IMG/VR virus record: IMGVR_UViG_3300033182_000157
Span: 1-64,000 of that record
Length of the DNA: 64,000 nt
Origin: a virus
Reading direction: 5' to 3' (one strand)
Part shown: one piece after another, positions 1 to 9,353 of the stretch
Position numbering within the stretch: position 1 is the stretch's first letter
Layout of the letters: each line of letters opens with the position of its first letter
The notes under the pieces: model-generated
What the model was told of the DNA's origin: nothing
Databases searched by the model: none
The model's input: only the letters and a program-made list of their open reading frames with translations
Program-made: the position numbers and the translations under genes

Positions 1-33
1 CACCCTTTTTTATTTGCGTTATAACTCTAACTA

Positions 34-1209
34 TTAAGAGAAAGTAACGTTAGACACGCTAACTCTTTCAACATAGTCAGCAGCATTACCTAGTGATGAT
101 GCTGTGTTGTTAAGTTCAACATAACCATAACGTGTCATGAATGATACAACTGGCTCGAAAGTAGCTGGATCAAGTACAACACCACTGCTCATCAATGGAA
201 TGTATGGGCAGTAGAACGCTGCTGCGTCTGATTCTGAAGAACCTTTGTAACCAACAAGTACGTCAGTGCTATCTGAAGCATAAGTGTTAACGTATACTTT
301 CATAGCATTGTTCAAAGTACCAACAAACTTAGTGTTAGTAGGTGCTTCAAATGAGCCTTCAGTAGTACGTGCAAATGCTGAAGTAGTTGCTGACTGTAGT
401 ACAGTTAATGTGTGTGGTGAAACAACAGCAAAGTTACCTGCGCCACGACGTGTACGCTGAGCAATTTTGTTTGCTGCGCGGTTGATCATAACAGCAAGTG
501 CTGCATGCTCATCACCAACAAATGTTGCTGTACCAGAAACTGCTGCTTGATCGTATCGCGTATCAGAGGCTGCAGTGCCTGCTAGGTTGTAAAGAGAAGC
601 AATAATCTCTTGGTCGATTTCAGCGGTAATCTCTTGAGCCAAAGCAGCCATAATTTCTGCTTCAACGTCGATACCTTGTTGTGCTTGAGCGTCTTGAGCA
701 GACTCAAAAGTCCAACGTGCTGATAACTTACGTGATTTCGCTTCAACAGTTTGTTTCAAGATTTGAATTGACATTCTGTTACCTGCCTCACCTTCAAGAG
801 CCGCTGTAGAAGCCGCCTTGTCGTCTGTTGCACCAGAATAGCCTTCAGCAATCTTGAATGGTGACAACGCTTCGTCACCTGCTGCTGTGTCAGTGCCTGA
901 AGCACTGTCAAATGCGTCCGCATAACGGACTCTTAGTGTGTGGATTTGACCCACTGGACCTGTCATAGGTTGTACACCAACTAACTCGTTTGCGATAGTT
1001 GTCGGCATTACACGTCTAATAACTGGTAAAATAACTCTGTTAAGAGTTGCTACGTTACCGGCAGAAGTGGCACCTGCTGTAGCACTTTCAGACAAATACT
1101 TGCGAGTATTCTCAAGTGTTACACCCATTACTGACTTACGATTGCCTTCAAGGCCTTCGAGCAGTGCTTCTTTAGTATCCTGCCAGCGTGATTCTAGTAG
1201 TTCTGACAT
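34..1209 (-). CDS. gp23: Major capsid protein, T4 gp23 family
   Basis: Hallmark motifs GVQPMTGPVGQIHTLR, VEAKSRKLSARWTFESAQD, EITAEID and FYCPYIPL...FMTRYG; last gene of the head operon; GGAG SD upstream. Confidence 0.97.
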   Translation of the reverse strand: MSELLESRWQDTKEALLEGLEGNRKSVMGVTLENTRKYLSESATAGATSAGNVATLNRVILPVIRRVMPTTIANELVGVQPMTGPVGQIHTLRVRYADAFDSASGTDTAAGDEALSPFKIAEGYSGATDDKAASTAALEGEAGNRMSIQILKQTVEAKSRKLSARWTFESAQDAQAQQGIDVEAEIMAALAQEITAEIDQEIIASLYNLAGTAASDTRYDQAAVSGTATFVGDEHAALAVMINRAANKIAQRTRRGAGNFAVVSPHTLTVLQSATTSAFARTTEGSFEAPTNTKFVGTLNNAMKVYVNTYASDSTDVLVGYKGSSESDAAAFYCPYIPLMSSGVVLDPATFEPVVSFMTRYGYVELNNTASSLGNAADYVERVSVSNVTFS

Positions 1210-1221
1210 AATTATATCTCC

Positions 1222-2310
1222 TTATTTGATTCCCGCTAAACGACGAATGTCATAAACATTTTCGTCCTTTGCACTACTAATACTAGTATGTTCTTTGTTG
1301 CCTGTAATTTCTTTGCCTTCAGTCAGTGCCTTCTTCTTCGCTGGAGTTTTACCGTCGATAACTGCCGATAGATACTTATTGAAAGATTCTTCCAATCTCT
1401 CAGTCTTTACCGACTCCAGTAAGTCTGTCATGATTTCCTTTTGCTCACCGCTTAGTGGGCTTAGGAGCTCGTTTAATTTATCTTTACGTACCATTGAATG
1501 GTTAGTCTTAGCAATTTCTATGTTCTTGCTTTCAACTAATGCTTCCTTTTCAGCGATCGCTGCTTTTGCTTCTGCTAGTTGTGCTTCTTTCTCAGCAACA
1601 ACTTTCATTAGTTTAGCAGTTTCACTTTTCTCATTTAGATAACTGTTTGAGTATTCAGAAGCAAACGATTCGAAAATCTTACGACCAAAATCGTTTCTAC
1701 GTGCTGTTTCAATGTCTTCTTTCAATTGAGTAATTTCACTAGATAGTGTCTTATCAACTGTTTCAGAAACTAGAGCAGCACTCTTCTTAACGAATGTATC
1801 TTTAACTTTCGCAAATTGAGCTTTTGCTTCTCTAATTAAACGCACTTTTGTTTCTGCCAAGTCTTTCTTGTCAGTGTGGAACTCTGCAATTTCTTTTGCT
1901 AGTGCTTCTACAACAAATTCCTCAAGTCTATTGAACTTGTTAGCCATTAACTTTTGGTCTTCGTGTAGTTCTGAAATTTCAGTAGTTAGTTGCTCAGCTA
2001 CAAAGTTCTGTAATAGTTCAGCGTTTTTACGCTGTGCTACTGCATATTTTGCTTTTGCTTCAGCAAGTTGCTTACGGTCTTCAGCAAACTCTTTAATTTC
2101 TTTTTCAAGTCTACTTTCAACTAATTTGTCAATTGCTTCAACCATTACACCTTTGTCATGTTCGTACTTTTGAGCAAATTCTTCACGCAGTTCTGAAACC
2201 GCTGTTTTCTTTGCTTCGTCAACACGAGTGTTCCAAGCCTCTTCAATTTCAGTACGCACTTCTTCAGAAATCACGTTGTTCTCAAATAGTGTTTTTAATG
2301 CTTCCAACAT
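1222..2310 (-). CDS. gp22: Prohead core scaffolding protein, gp22-like
   Basis: Long charged coiled-coil protein between protease and capsid genes; ends RRLAGIK; AAGGAG SD. Confidence 0.85.
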   Translation of the reverse strand: MLEALKTLFENNVISEEVRTEIEEAWNTRVDEAKKTAVSELREEFAQKYEHDKGVMVEAIDKLVESRLEKEIKEFAEDRKQLAEAKAKYAVAQRKNAELLQNFVAEQLTTEISELHEDQKLMANKFNRLEEFVVEALAKEIAEFHTDKKDLAETKVRLIREAKAQFAKVKDTFVKKSAALVSETVDKTLSSEITQLKEDIETARRNDFGRKIFESFASEYSNSYLNEKSETAKLMKVVAEKEAQLAEAKAAIAEKEALVESKNIEIAKTNHSMVRKDKLNELLSPLSGEQKEIMTDLLESVKTERLEESFNKYLSAVIDGKTPAKKKALTEGKEITGNKEHTSISSAKDENVYDIRRLAGIK

Positions 2311-2327
2311 ATGATTCTCCTTATTGA

Positions 2328-2954
2328 TTATCGGAGCCCGCTGATGATATTCAACAGCGATTCTTTTAAGTACTTCTGTGCCTTAGGATCTTCCCTAACT
2401 TCTTGAGCTGTTACGTATGCCTTATACCCACCCGTGGTATTCATTAGATGCTCGTAAATTGGTGTTGGGTAAGCACCTGGAGCACTGGGCTGAGCGACTA
2501 CATCAACTGTTATGATTTCAAAGTCGCTAACTTCGCCGTTACCGTCTTCACTGACGTTACCGGAACCTCTTGAACTTACACCAAGTTTAACTCCGCTCTC
2601 TAGCATAGTTTTTACTAGAGAGCCCATTGGTGTAGGAATTATTTTAAGTTTGCCGTAGCCGTTTGCGCCATCCATCCACATTTCTGTGATCATATGACTC
2701 ACTCGGTCTAGGTTAATTCGTAGATGGTCTGGATGATCTACTTCGCCGAGAACACTGTATCCTCCTGCTATCTGATCGTTGAGAGTTTTGACAGCCCTGC
2801 CAATTTCGTTTACTGGATAAACACGCTGATTAGCATTACGTACACCGCCTTGGATGAAAATGCCTTTCATGTGAAGATCTTTACCTTCATTAGCAGACTC
2901 TACGACCATACCTGCCTGGTCAAATGTCAAGTTCTCTCGGAGTAAATTTCCCAT
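2328..2954 (-). CDS. gp21: Prohead maturation protease, T4 gp21 family
   Basis: GIFIQGGVRNANQRVYP, LGEVDHP, VSHMI, GVSSRGSG, DVVAQPSAPGAY. Confidence 0.95.
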   Translation of the reverse strand: MGNLLRENLTFDQAGMVVESANEGKDLHMKGIFIQGGVRNANQRVYPVNEIGRAVKTLNDQIAGGYSVLGEVDHPDHLRINLDRVSHMITEMWMDGANGYGKLKIIPTPMGSLVKTMLESGVKLGVSSRGSGNVSEDGNGEVSDFEIITVDVVAQPSAPGAYPTPIYEHLMNTTGGYKAYVTAQEVREDPKAQKYLKESLLNIISGLR

Positions 2955-2968
2955 CTTAATCTACCTAA

Positions 2969-3742
2969 TTATTCAGCTGACTTTTTTACTGATTGCTTTT
3001 TTAAACTCTTAGAAGCCTTACCACCTGGAACGTTTACGTTACCAGCATCGTCCTGCTTAGGAGCTGCAGCTTTACCACCTTTTTCTTCAGCAGATCCACG
3101 TGCGATATTTGATGCTGTGCCACCCATATCGTTCTTACCTGCTACTGGTGATTTCGCTTTGTTATCTTCGCCTTTAGGCTCAGCAACCTTTTCTACGTAT
3201 TCACGTACTTGTTCAGCGTCATCTTCTTCTTCTGCCTCAAGTTCCAAAGCCTCTTCAGCTTCTTCTTCATCATCGCCCTCTTCGTCGTCCATGTCCATGT
3301 CCATGTCGTCTTCACCTTCTTCATCGCCCATCATTTTTTCAAATTCGGCTTTAAGGTCATCTAGAGCGTCTTCTAGGTCAACTACACGATCTTCAAGATC
3401 TTCATCATCTTCATCGTCCATGTCGCCCATTTCATCATCGCCGTCCATTGCTTCAACGTCGTCGATCATGTCATCTGCTGGATCGCCGCCCATGTCTAGG
3501 TCGTCGTCAGCTTCAACTTCAAACTCTTCAAATTCATCTAATTCTTCATCATCAGATGCTTCATCAACTTCTTCGTCTTCTGCTTCATCAACTTCTTCGT
3601 CTTCAACTTCAGATTCTAACATTGATTCGTAAATTGTACGTGATTTTTCAACTACAATTTCGTGGAATAATTCTTCTGCTTTTGCTTGATCTTCGTTGAT
3701 CAAATGCTCAAGCATTTCTTCAAACTTATTAGTGTCAGTCAT
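2969..3742 (-). CDS. Highly acidic prohead core protein (gp67/gp68-like position)
   Basis: D/E-rich low-complexity protein immediately upstream of the protease; has its own TAAATA box and an AAGGAG SD. Confidence 0.6.
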   Translation of the reverse strand: MTDTNKFEEMLEHLINEDQAKAEELFHEIVVEKSRTIYESMLESEVEDEEVDEAEDEEVDEASDDEELDEFEEFEVEADDDLDMGGDPADDMIDDVEAMDGDDEMGDMDDEDDEDLEDRVVDLEDALDDLKAEFEKMMGDEEGEDDMDMDMDDEEGDDEEEAEEALELEAEEEDDAEQVREYVEKVAEPKGEDNKAKSPVAGKNDMGGTASNIARGSAEEKGGKAAAPKQDDAGNVNVPGGKASKSLKKQSVKKSAE

Positions 3743-3782
3743 TGTTTATCTCCTTTATATATTGTTACAAGGCTGTCATTAT

Positions 3783-3788
3783 TATTTA
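3783..3788 (-). promoter_or_regulatory. T4-type late promoter box TAAATA
   Basis: TAAATA on the minus strand ~40 bp upstream of the core-protease-scaffold-capsid genes. Confidence 0.65.
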
Positions 3789-3804
3789 ATGATTTGTATA
3801 AAAA

Positions 3805-4407
3805 CTACGTAGAAATAGGCTCGTTTTGAGCCATTTTTAGAAAATCGTCTAATTTTTCTATAAAAACGTTAGAAAAATTAGGATATTTTTGTATGTCTCG
3901 CGATGTAAAGTTATGTTCCTTTGTTATAACTCTACAATATTGTATGTCTGGATTATCTCTTATAATTAACTGTGTTTGTCTTACCCAATTACCAAAATAT
4001 GTTGCTGGTGCTTTAGAATCTTTATAATTCTTTGTGCTTCCATATATGTTATTTAGTTTTTCATCAGCACTTTGATAGTCAAAGCCAACTATAATAATTG
4101 TACTAGGTTTATGCTGACTTGCTAACCATAATGCTGTTGGTCCTGAACTCCATCCTAGTCTATCACTAGTAAAGTTTACACCGTCAATATCTCTAAATCT
4201 ATTGTGTTCTCTAGTGTAAAATTTAGTGGAAAGATGAGCCTTATTGTCTATTATCTCTTGAACCATCGGCGGGTCAACACCAATCAAATAGTCAACGTGA
4301 GTGTCGCGATAAATGGCATTACAGCCGTACATAGGACCATACTGTCTGTATGCTTCAATGTTAAAATCTAATCTGGATTTGCCGTTACCTAAAACGAATG
4401 ATATCAT
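3805..4407 (-). CDS. Putative glycosyltransferase, Maf/DUF115 or GT42 (CstII) sialyltransferase-like fold
   Basis: FVLGNGKSR ... YGCNAIYRD ... VDYLIGVD ... WSSGPTALWLA ... IIIVGFD, matching the GNGPS / SG / GxD pattern of these families. Confidence 0.55.
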   Translation of the reverse strand: MISFVLGNGKSRLDFNIEAYRQYGPMYGCNAIYRDTHVDYLIGVDPPMVQEIIDNKAHLSTKFYTREHNRFRDIDGVNFTSDRLGWSSGPTALWLASQHKPSTIIIVGFDYQSADEKLNNIYGSTKNYKDSKAPATYFGNWVRQTQLIIRDNPDIQYCRVITKEHNFTSRDIQKYPNFSNVFIEKLDDFLKMAQNEPIST

Positions 4408-4646
4408 GCTACTGGCGCTTGAGCTGCCAGTCCATACATTTGTCTGATGAACTCTAGCTCTTGTTCCTTCTCTTGTTCGTGAAGATCACTAGCAGCCCTC
4501 AGTTTGTTGATTTGTTCTAATGTTAGTCTTGTTTTACGAGTGTCGCTGATTTCAACCGCATCTGAATCATCTTCAGGTGAATAGCGTCCATCCTGACTCA
4601 TTTCTAATGTATTTTTATCAAAGTAAAATAACTCGTTAAGTATCAT
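4404..4646 (-). CDS. Small hypothetical head-module protein
   Basis: 80 aa; ATGA overlap with the next gene; TAAATA box 5 nt upstream of the ATG; DTRKTRLTLEQINKLR motif. Confidence 0.7.
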   Translation of the reverse strand: MILNELFYFDKNTLEMSQDGRYSPEDDSDAVEISDTRKTRLTLEQINKLRAASDLHEQEKEQELEFIRQMYGLAAQAPVA

Positions 4647-4651
4647 AATAA

Positions 4652-4657
4652 TATTTA
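4652..4657 (-). promoter_or_regulatory. Late promoter TAAATA, probably leaderless (N5 then ATG)
   Basis: Minus strand reads TAAATA-TTATT-ATG (ATG at 4646). Confidence 0.65.
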
Positions 4658-4661
4658 TCCT

Positions 4662-6386
4662 TTACGCCGGAGGTGCGCCTTCCCCTGCTGGTGCTCCTGC
4701 CGCTGGTGCTCCTGCTGCTTCGCCACCGCCTTCTGCTGGTGCTGCTGGAGGTGCTTCTGTTTCTGCTCCACTTAGGTCTGAACTCATGCCACCTAAACTA
4801 ATACCTGCTCCTCTAAGTTCGCCAGCACTGTCAGTTGGAAGTTTTAGATTTTCATCATTTTCCTCACGCCATAATCTTTCGTTCTCAGCAATCTCTTCAT
4901 CACTAAGTCCTAAGAAACGTTGTAAAGCAAAACGCTGACTCATATATGGAACTTGTTGTAATTGTGTAAATGTACCAATACGAGCATTATCAAGTTCTGA
5001 TTGTCTATATGCTGCAAAGTTCTTTGGAGGTTGGAATTTTAAATCAAAAAGTGTAGTATCAATGTTTACACCTTTTTGTAAAATATATAATTTAAATTCT
5101 TGATCAAATGTTTCTTGTACTAAACTTTGTAATCTTTCGCAATATGTATTAAAGCGAAGTTCTTGAATATATGCTGTACCTACTCTACCGTCAGTATAAT
5201 TAGACTGTCCGTCGTCTGCTGCTGTTGGTAGATAACTTGAAGGAATACGTAAACCGCGAACGAGTTTGTTAGTAAAATATTTTAAGTCATCAATTTCACC
5301 AAGGTTTGTACCGCCTGGCAGTGTTTCAACTTTTGATCCGCGTCCTTCAGCAGTTTGTGGGAAAAAGTAATCTTCGTTGATTGACAACGGGTTGTACGCT
5401 GAGTCTATAACATTCTGACCCCCGCCTGTCGCACTTGGGATTCTACGTTGATGAATTTCATTCTTTACTCTTTCCACAAAACTCATTGCCAAGTGTGATG
5501 GCATATTACCAACATCTACATAAAACACACGTCTTTCAGGCGCACGTTGTACACGATAGATAATAATAGCATCTTCAAGCAATTCTTTTTGTTTATATAC
5601 TTTAAAGATTGATTCTAATAAACTGTTACCGAATGGATAGTTATTATCAAGTCCTTCTGATAATGATAAATGAACAACGTGCTCTGCGTCAATAGCAACT
5701 TCTTGAGCACCTGTTTCAAAACGAGAACTACTAGTGCTAGAGTTATTCGGAGTACCCGCTATCCCTCTAGCACCACCTTGGAAATATCCTTGGTGTCCAG
5801 AACTTGTAGTACCGCCCGGATCAGTATTGAGTGTTGTTGCTACAAGGTCTTGAAAGTTAATATTCAAGTCTTTAATAACATACTGCTCCGGCTTTTTGCC
5901 TTGTGACTCATTGACAATAATTTTCGTTACTTTAGCAGGATCTACATAAAACCATTTTTTAGTTTCTGGATCTCTAATAAAAAAGTTATCACCGTATTTG
6001 AATACATTACGTATAATACGGAAAATGCGTGTTTCAAACTTTTGTAGTTTGCTCCACTGCTGTAGGTACTGTTTAAGTATCGTGATTTCTGAGTTGGTTG
6101 CTTTTTCTTTAAAGTTTAAGCCAAAAGGTGTAGAATTGGAAGTATTTTTCTGCGTACAAAATTCAGCAAGAATATCTAGTGCGGCATTAACCTCACTGTC
6201 AGTATCCATAGTTTCATACTGACCGTATCGTTCAATACGATTAGGAGTACCAGTATATACATCTGGTAAGAAACTTGAATAATTTGCTCTCGCAGGTCCA
6301 GGTCTGCTACTAGCATTACCCATAGGACTATACGATCCGTCTTGCTCTCCTGTTACTACAGGTGTAAAATATTTTTTCCAACTCAT
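4662..6386 (-). CDS. gp20: Portal vertex protein, T4 gp20 family
   Basis: LLEDAIIIYRVQRAPERRVFYVDVGNMP, EDYFFP, GRGSKVETLPGG.NLGEIDDLKYF; Ala/Pro/Gly-rich C-terminal tail. Confidence 0.97.
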   Translation of the reverse strand: MSWKKYFTPVVTGEQDGSYSPMGNASSRPGPARANYSSFLPDVYTGTPNRIERYGQYETMDTDSEVNAALDILAEFCTQKNTSNSTPFGLNFKEKATNSEITILKQYLQQWSKLQKFETRIFRIIRNVFKYGDNFFIRDPETKKWFYVDPAKVTKIIVNESQGKKPEQYVIKDLNINFQDLVATTLNTDPGGTTSSGHQGYFQGGARGIAGTPNNSSTSSSRFETGAQEVAIDAEHVVHLSLSEGLDNNYPFGNSLLESIFKVYKQKELLEDAIIIYRVQRAPERRVFYVDVGNMPSHLAMSFVERVKNEIHQRRIPSATGGGQNVIDSAYNPLSINEDYFFPQTAEGRGSKVETLPGGTNLGEIDDLKYFTNKLVRGLRIPSSYLPTAADDGQSNYTDGRVGTAYIQELRFNTYCERLQSLVQETFDQEFKLYILQKGVNIDTTLFDLKFQPPKNFAAYRQSELDNARIGTFTQLQQVPYMSQRFALQRFLGLSDEEIAENERLWREENDENLKLPTDSAGELRGAGISLGGMSSDLSGAETEAPPAAPAEGGGEAAGAPAAGAPAGEGAPPA

Positions 6387-6391
6387 AATAT

Positions 6392-6397
6392 TACTTA
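6392..6397 (-). promoter_or_regulatory. Late promoter variant TAAGTA, probably leaderless
   Basis: Minus strand reads TAAGTA-ATATT-ATG (portal start at 6386); same spacing as the other sites. Confidence 0.55.
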
Positions 6398-8443
6398 TAC
6401 CAACTGTAAATCACCGCCGTTCTTTTTGATAGCGCGAACGACTTGTTCTAATAATTTGTTTGTTTGTGCCATTTGTTGATTCTGTCCATTAAACAACATT
6501 TCAAAATCAACTTCTTTACTTGCTCTATTCATAGAACTTGCTATCTTAGGAGCGTTTGCTTTCATGTTTTCAGCAATACTTTCCATTTCAGGCTGCATTT
6601 GAGATGCCATGCTTTCCATCTGCGGTCTCATTTTATCTGCCATTTGTTTAGCAGTAACAACTAAACTGTTAGCATTAGGAGTAATAAATTCAGGACCTTT
6701 TTCGCCGACTAAGTTTAACATATCACCAAATGCTGTTCCTCCCATAAAGTTGCCGTCTTTGTTAATATTAGCATTAAGTTTTGTTAATGTAATATTTAAT
6801 TGAGAAATAACATCAATTAATTTTTGATTTAGTCCTGTAGTAGTTCGTTCTTGTTCAAAACCTGCTTGAGCAGTAGCGCCTAACTTCGCATGAGCCGAAG
6901 CTCTTGATTTTCCAATTATGCTAGATCCTGCTGTAAAGTTTGTATCTTCAGATAATAAAGCATCTCGTATTTTTGTTGAATGGTCTTTAACTCCGTCTCT
7001 TAATTTTAGTGCGGTTTCATTAATAGCATCTGGCAAGTCTTTTCCTAGCGAGTTAGCGGCTGTTCTAACAGAAGTTACCATTTCTGTTTTAAGAACACGA
7101 CTAGTATTACTAATAGCATCAGTAGCAGCAGCGTATGTTGCTGTCATTGTATCTTGAGCTGCTGTTGTCTTACCATCTTTGCCATCAACACCTGCTTGCT
7201 TTTGTCTTATGAGACCTTTTTCTAATAACGAAGCAGTTGCTTCTTCGATAGAAACCTTTCTTTTATGAATATTTTCCATTTCGGCTTGTTCGGCTTTAAT
7301 TCTATCGTTAGTGTCAGTAAAATTTCCAACCATGCCTTGTAAGCCTTGAATATATCCGCCACTAGTTCTATATGTTGCTACTCTAATTTTTTCTTGATCG
7401 TTTTGAGCTTTAGCTATCTCGATGATAAGTTTTTTCTGAGCTGCTGCGTATGCTTCTGTGTCACCTGCTTGTTGTGCTGCTCGCATTTCCTGAGCTGCGT
7501 CTGTAACGCCTTTACCGTAGAATGCTGCCGCTGCTGCACTTTCTTTAGTAGCAGAACCTTGTATTAAAATATCTTCAACAAGTGCTTGAGCTCCTTTATC
7601 CATACTACCTAACATAGCAGATGTTTTTGTAATAGCATCACCCATTTCGCCTGTTTGTGTTCTTAAGAATGCTTGTACTCGGCCGTCTCTACGTTTAGCA
7701 TCCATCTCTTTCATTAACTGTTTTCTATTCTCACCAGTTAATTGACTCATTCTATCTAATTCTGTAGCAAACTTAAATGCGGCTTTATTTTGACTTGTTC
7801 CTGCTTTTAGATTTTGTAAGTAAGTTGTACGGTTAATGGCAGCAAAACCTATTAAAGACTCATTTATTTCATCAGTACTAAAACCAATTTGTCTAAGACC
7901 TTGTGAGAAGTTTCTCGAATCTTGACTAAATTCAGCAGACATTCTAGCAAATCTAACGGCTGCTTGACCGCTTTCACCTGCCAGTGTGCGAAGCATTGAG
8001 CTGTTATCTTTAGCAAATCTTCCAAAATCTTTTACACTTAATCCTGCTTCGGATGCTGCTTGAGCAACAACTGACATTCCGCCTTCAAATTGAAACCCTG
8101 ACTGAGCTAAATCTTTAAATGATCCAGCGGTATCATCAATAAATTGTGCTACAAGGCCGCCGCCTTTAGAAAGTAGGCTGCCAAAAATTGGAACTTCTTT
8201 AGACAAGTCGCCAATAGCGTTAGCATAAGTAGTAATTCGTTCATCACCACTAATTGCTGCTGCTCCAAGGCTAGTTAGGCCTTTAGTTAAGCCAGGTAAC
8301 ACTCCGCCAGTAATGCCTTTTAGCATCTTGCCGTATTCGCCAGATGCCCTTCCTGCTTCGTAACTTTGTTTTTGAAAGTAAGCAAGCTCAGCTTTTATTT
8401 TATCAAGGTCCGCTTGAAGTTCTTCGGTTGTTTGTCCTGCCAT
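6395..8443 (-). CDS. Tape measure / gp29-like hub protein
   Basis: 682-aa Ala/Gly/Gln-rich helical protein with the C-terminal VGEKGPEFITP motif typical of tape measures; adjacent to gp26/gp51. Confidence 0.7.
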   Translation of the reverse strand: MAGQTTEELQADLDKIKAELAYFQKQSYEAGRASGEYGKMLKGITGGVLPGLTKGLTSLGAAAISGDERITTYANAIGDLSKEVPIFGSLLSKGGGLVAQFIDDTAGSFKDLAQSGFQFEGGMSVVAQAASEAGLSVKDFGRFAKDNSSMLRTLAGESGQAAVRFARMSAEFSQDSRNFSQGLRQIGFSTDEINESLIGFAAINRTTYLQNLKAGTSQNKAAFKFATELDRMSQLTGENRKQLMKEMDAKRRDGRVQAFLRTQTGEMGDAITKTSAMLGSMDKGAQALVEDILIQGSATKESAAAAAFYGKGVTDAAQEMRAAQQAGDTEAYAAAQKKLIIEIAKAQNDQEKIRVATYRTSGGYIQGLQGMVGNFTDTNDRIKAEQAEMENIHKRKVSIEEATASLLEKGLIRQKQAGVDGKDGKTTAAQDTMTATYAAATDAISNTSRVLKTEMVTSVRTAANSLGKDLPDAINETALKLRDGVKDHSTKIRDALLSEDTNFTAGSSIIGKSRASAHAKLGATAQAGFEQERTTTGLNQKLIDVISQLNITLTKLNANINKDGNFMGGTAFGDMLNLVGEKGPEFITPNANSLVVTAKQMADKMRPQMESMASQMQPEMESIAENMKANAPKIASSMNRASKEVDFEMLFNGQNQQMAQTNKLLEQVVRAIKKNGGDLQLV

Positions 8444-8471
8444 TTTAATTAACTACCTAGATTATTCCACA

Positions 8472-8498
8472 TAAATAATATTTGCATAATACTATTTA
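8472..8498. promoter_or_regulatory. Face-to-face pair of late promoter boxes (TAAATA + strand 8472-8477; TAAATA - strand 8498-8493)
   Basis: Both boxes lie in the 71-bp gap between the divergent tape measure and gp26 genes. Confidence 0.6.
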
Positions 8499-8514
8499 CC
8501 TTAAAGGAGCAACC

Positions 8515-9345
8515 GTGTCAGACAGTATTCTTAATAAGCATAGAAGACAGCCAAAGATCTATGTGGATGTTCCATCAGAGTTTCGCTACTGCGACGAAAA
8601 AGCATATTCCGGCACGTCAAAAGAAGTTCCAGTCTACAGTATGACTGGCGCTAACGAAATAATGATGAAAAATCCAGAAGCGTTACTTAACGGAGAAGCA
8701 GTAAAAAATTTAATACAATCTTGTATTCCAAGCATTAACAATACAGGTTTGCTATCATCAATTGACGTTGAGTTTTTATTAATGGCTATTCGTATCGCAA
8801 CATACGGAGAAACTTATAAAAAATCATCTACTTGTCCACATTGTGAAGAAGTAAACACTTATGATATTAATCTTAGCTCTTATATAGATAGTTACGCAAC
8901 TAAAGAATGGGTAGATAATGTTACGGTAGACGACTTAACTTTTTATATTCGTCCACACAATTATGACAAATTTACACAACTTCAAAAATTAATTTTTCAA
9001 GCACAACGTACTATTGCTCAGTTAGCAACTATTGAAAATATAAGTGAAGATGAAAGACTTAAACTTGAGTCAGACGTTGTTAATACATTAGAAGATATTA
9101 ACAAACAAAATATTATCGAACAAGTTTATATGATTAAAACTCCAGAAGGCGAAGAAACTAACGCTGAGATTGCTAGGAACTTTGTACTCGAAGAAGACAG
9201 AAAATATTTTCAAGCACTTAAAGAACTAACAGTAAAAAATACTAAAGTATGGGACGTTCCGGATCTTGAGTTAACCTGCGGAAGTTGCGGTAAAGAATAT
9301 ACTTCAATCTTTGCTATGGATGATTCAAATTTTTTCGCCGAATAA
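8515..9345 (+). CDS. gp26: Baseplate hub assembly protein, T4 gp26-like
   Basis: RQPKIYVDVPS, DVEFLLMAIRIATYGE, two CxxC motifs; start moved to GTG 8515 behind an AAGGAG SD. Confidence 0.8.
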   Translation: MSDSILNKHRRQPKIYVDVPSEFRYCDEKAYSGTSKEVPVYSMTGANEIMMKNPEALLNGEAVKNLIQSCIPSINNTGLLSSIDVEFLLMAIRIATYGETYKKSSTCPHCEEVNTYDINLSSYIDSYATKEWVDNVTVDDLTFYIRPHNYDKFTQLQKLIFQAQRTIAQLATIENISEDERLKLESDVVNTLEDINKQNIIEQVYMIKTPEGEETNAEIARNFVLEEDRKYFQALKELTVKNTKVWDVPDLELTCGSCGKEYTSIFAMDDSNFFAE

Positions 9346-9353
9346 TCGTAACA

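Noticed and set aside
1-12. Terminator after the capsid gene
   Set aside because: Only one arm of a possible hairpin lies inside the window; cannot be supported
3117-3699. Ser-rich antisense ORFs over the acidic core protein, and the many other antisense ORFs (e.g. 17854..18783, 43849..44382)
   Set aside because: Shadow frames produced by codon bias of the real genes on the opposite strand
4664-4770. GCTGGTGCTCCTGC short nucleotide repeats
   Set aside because: They simply encode the Ala/Pro/Gly-rich tail of the portal protein
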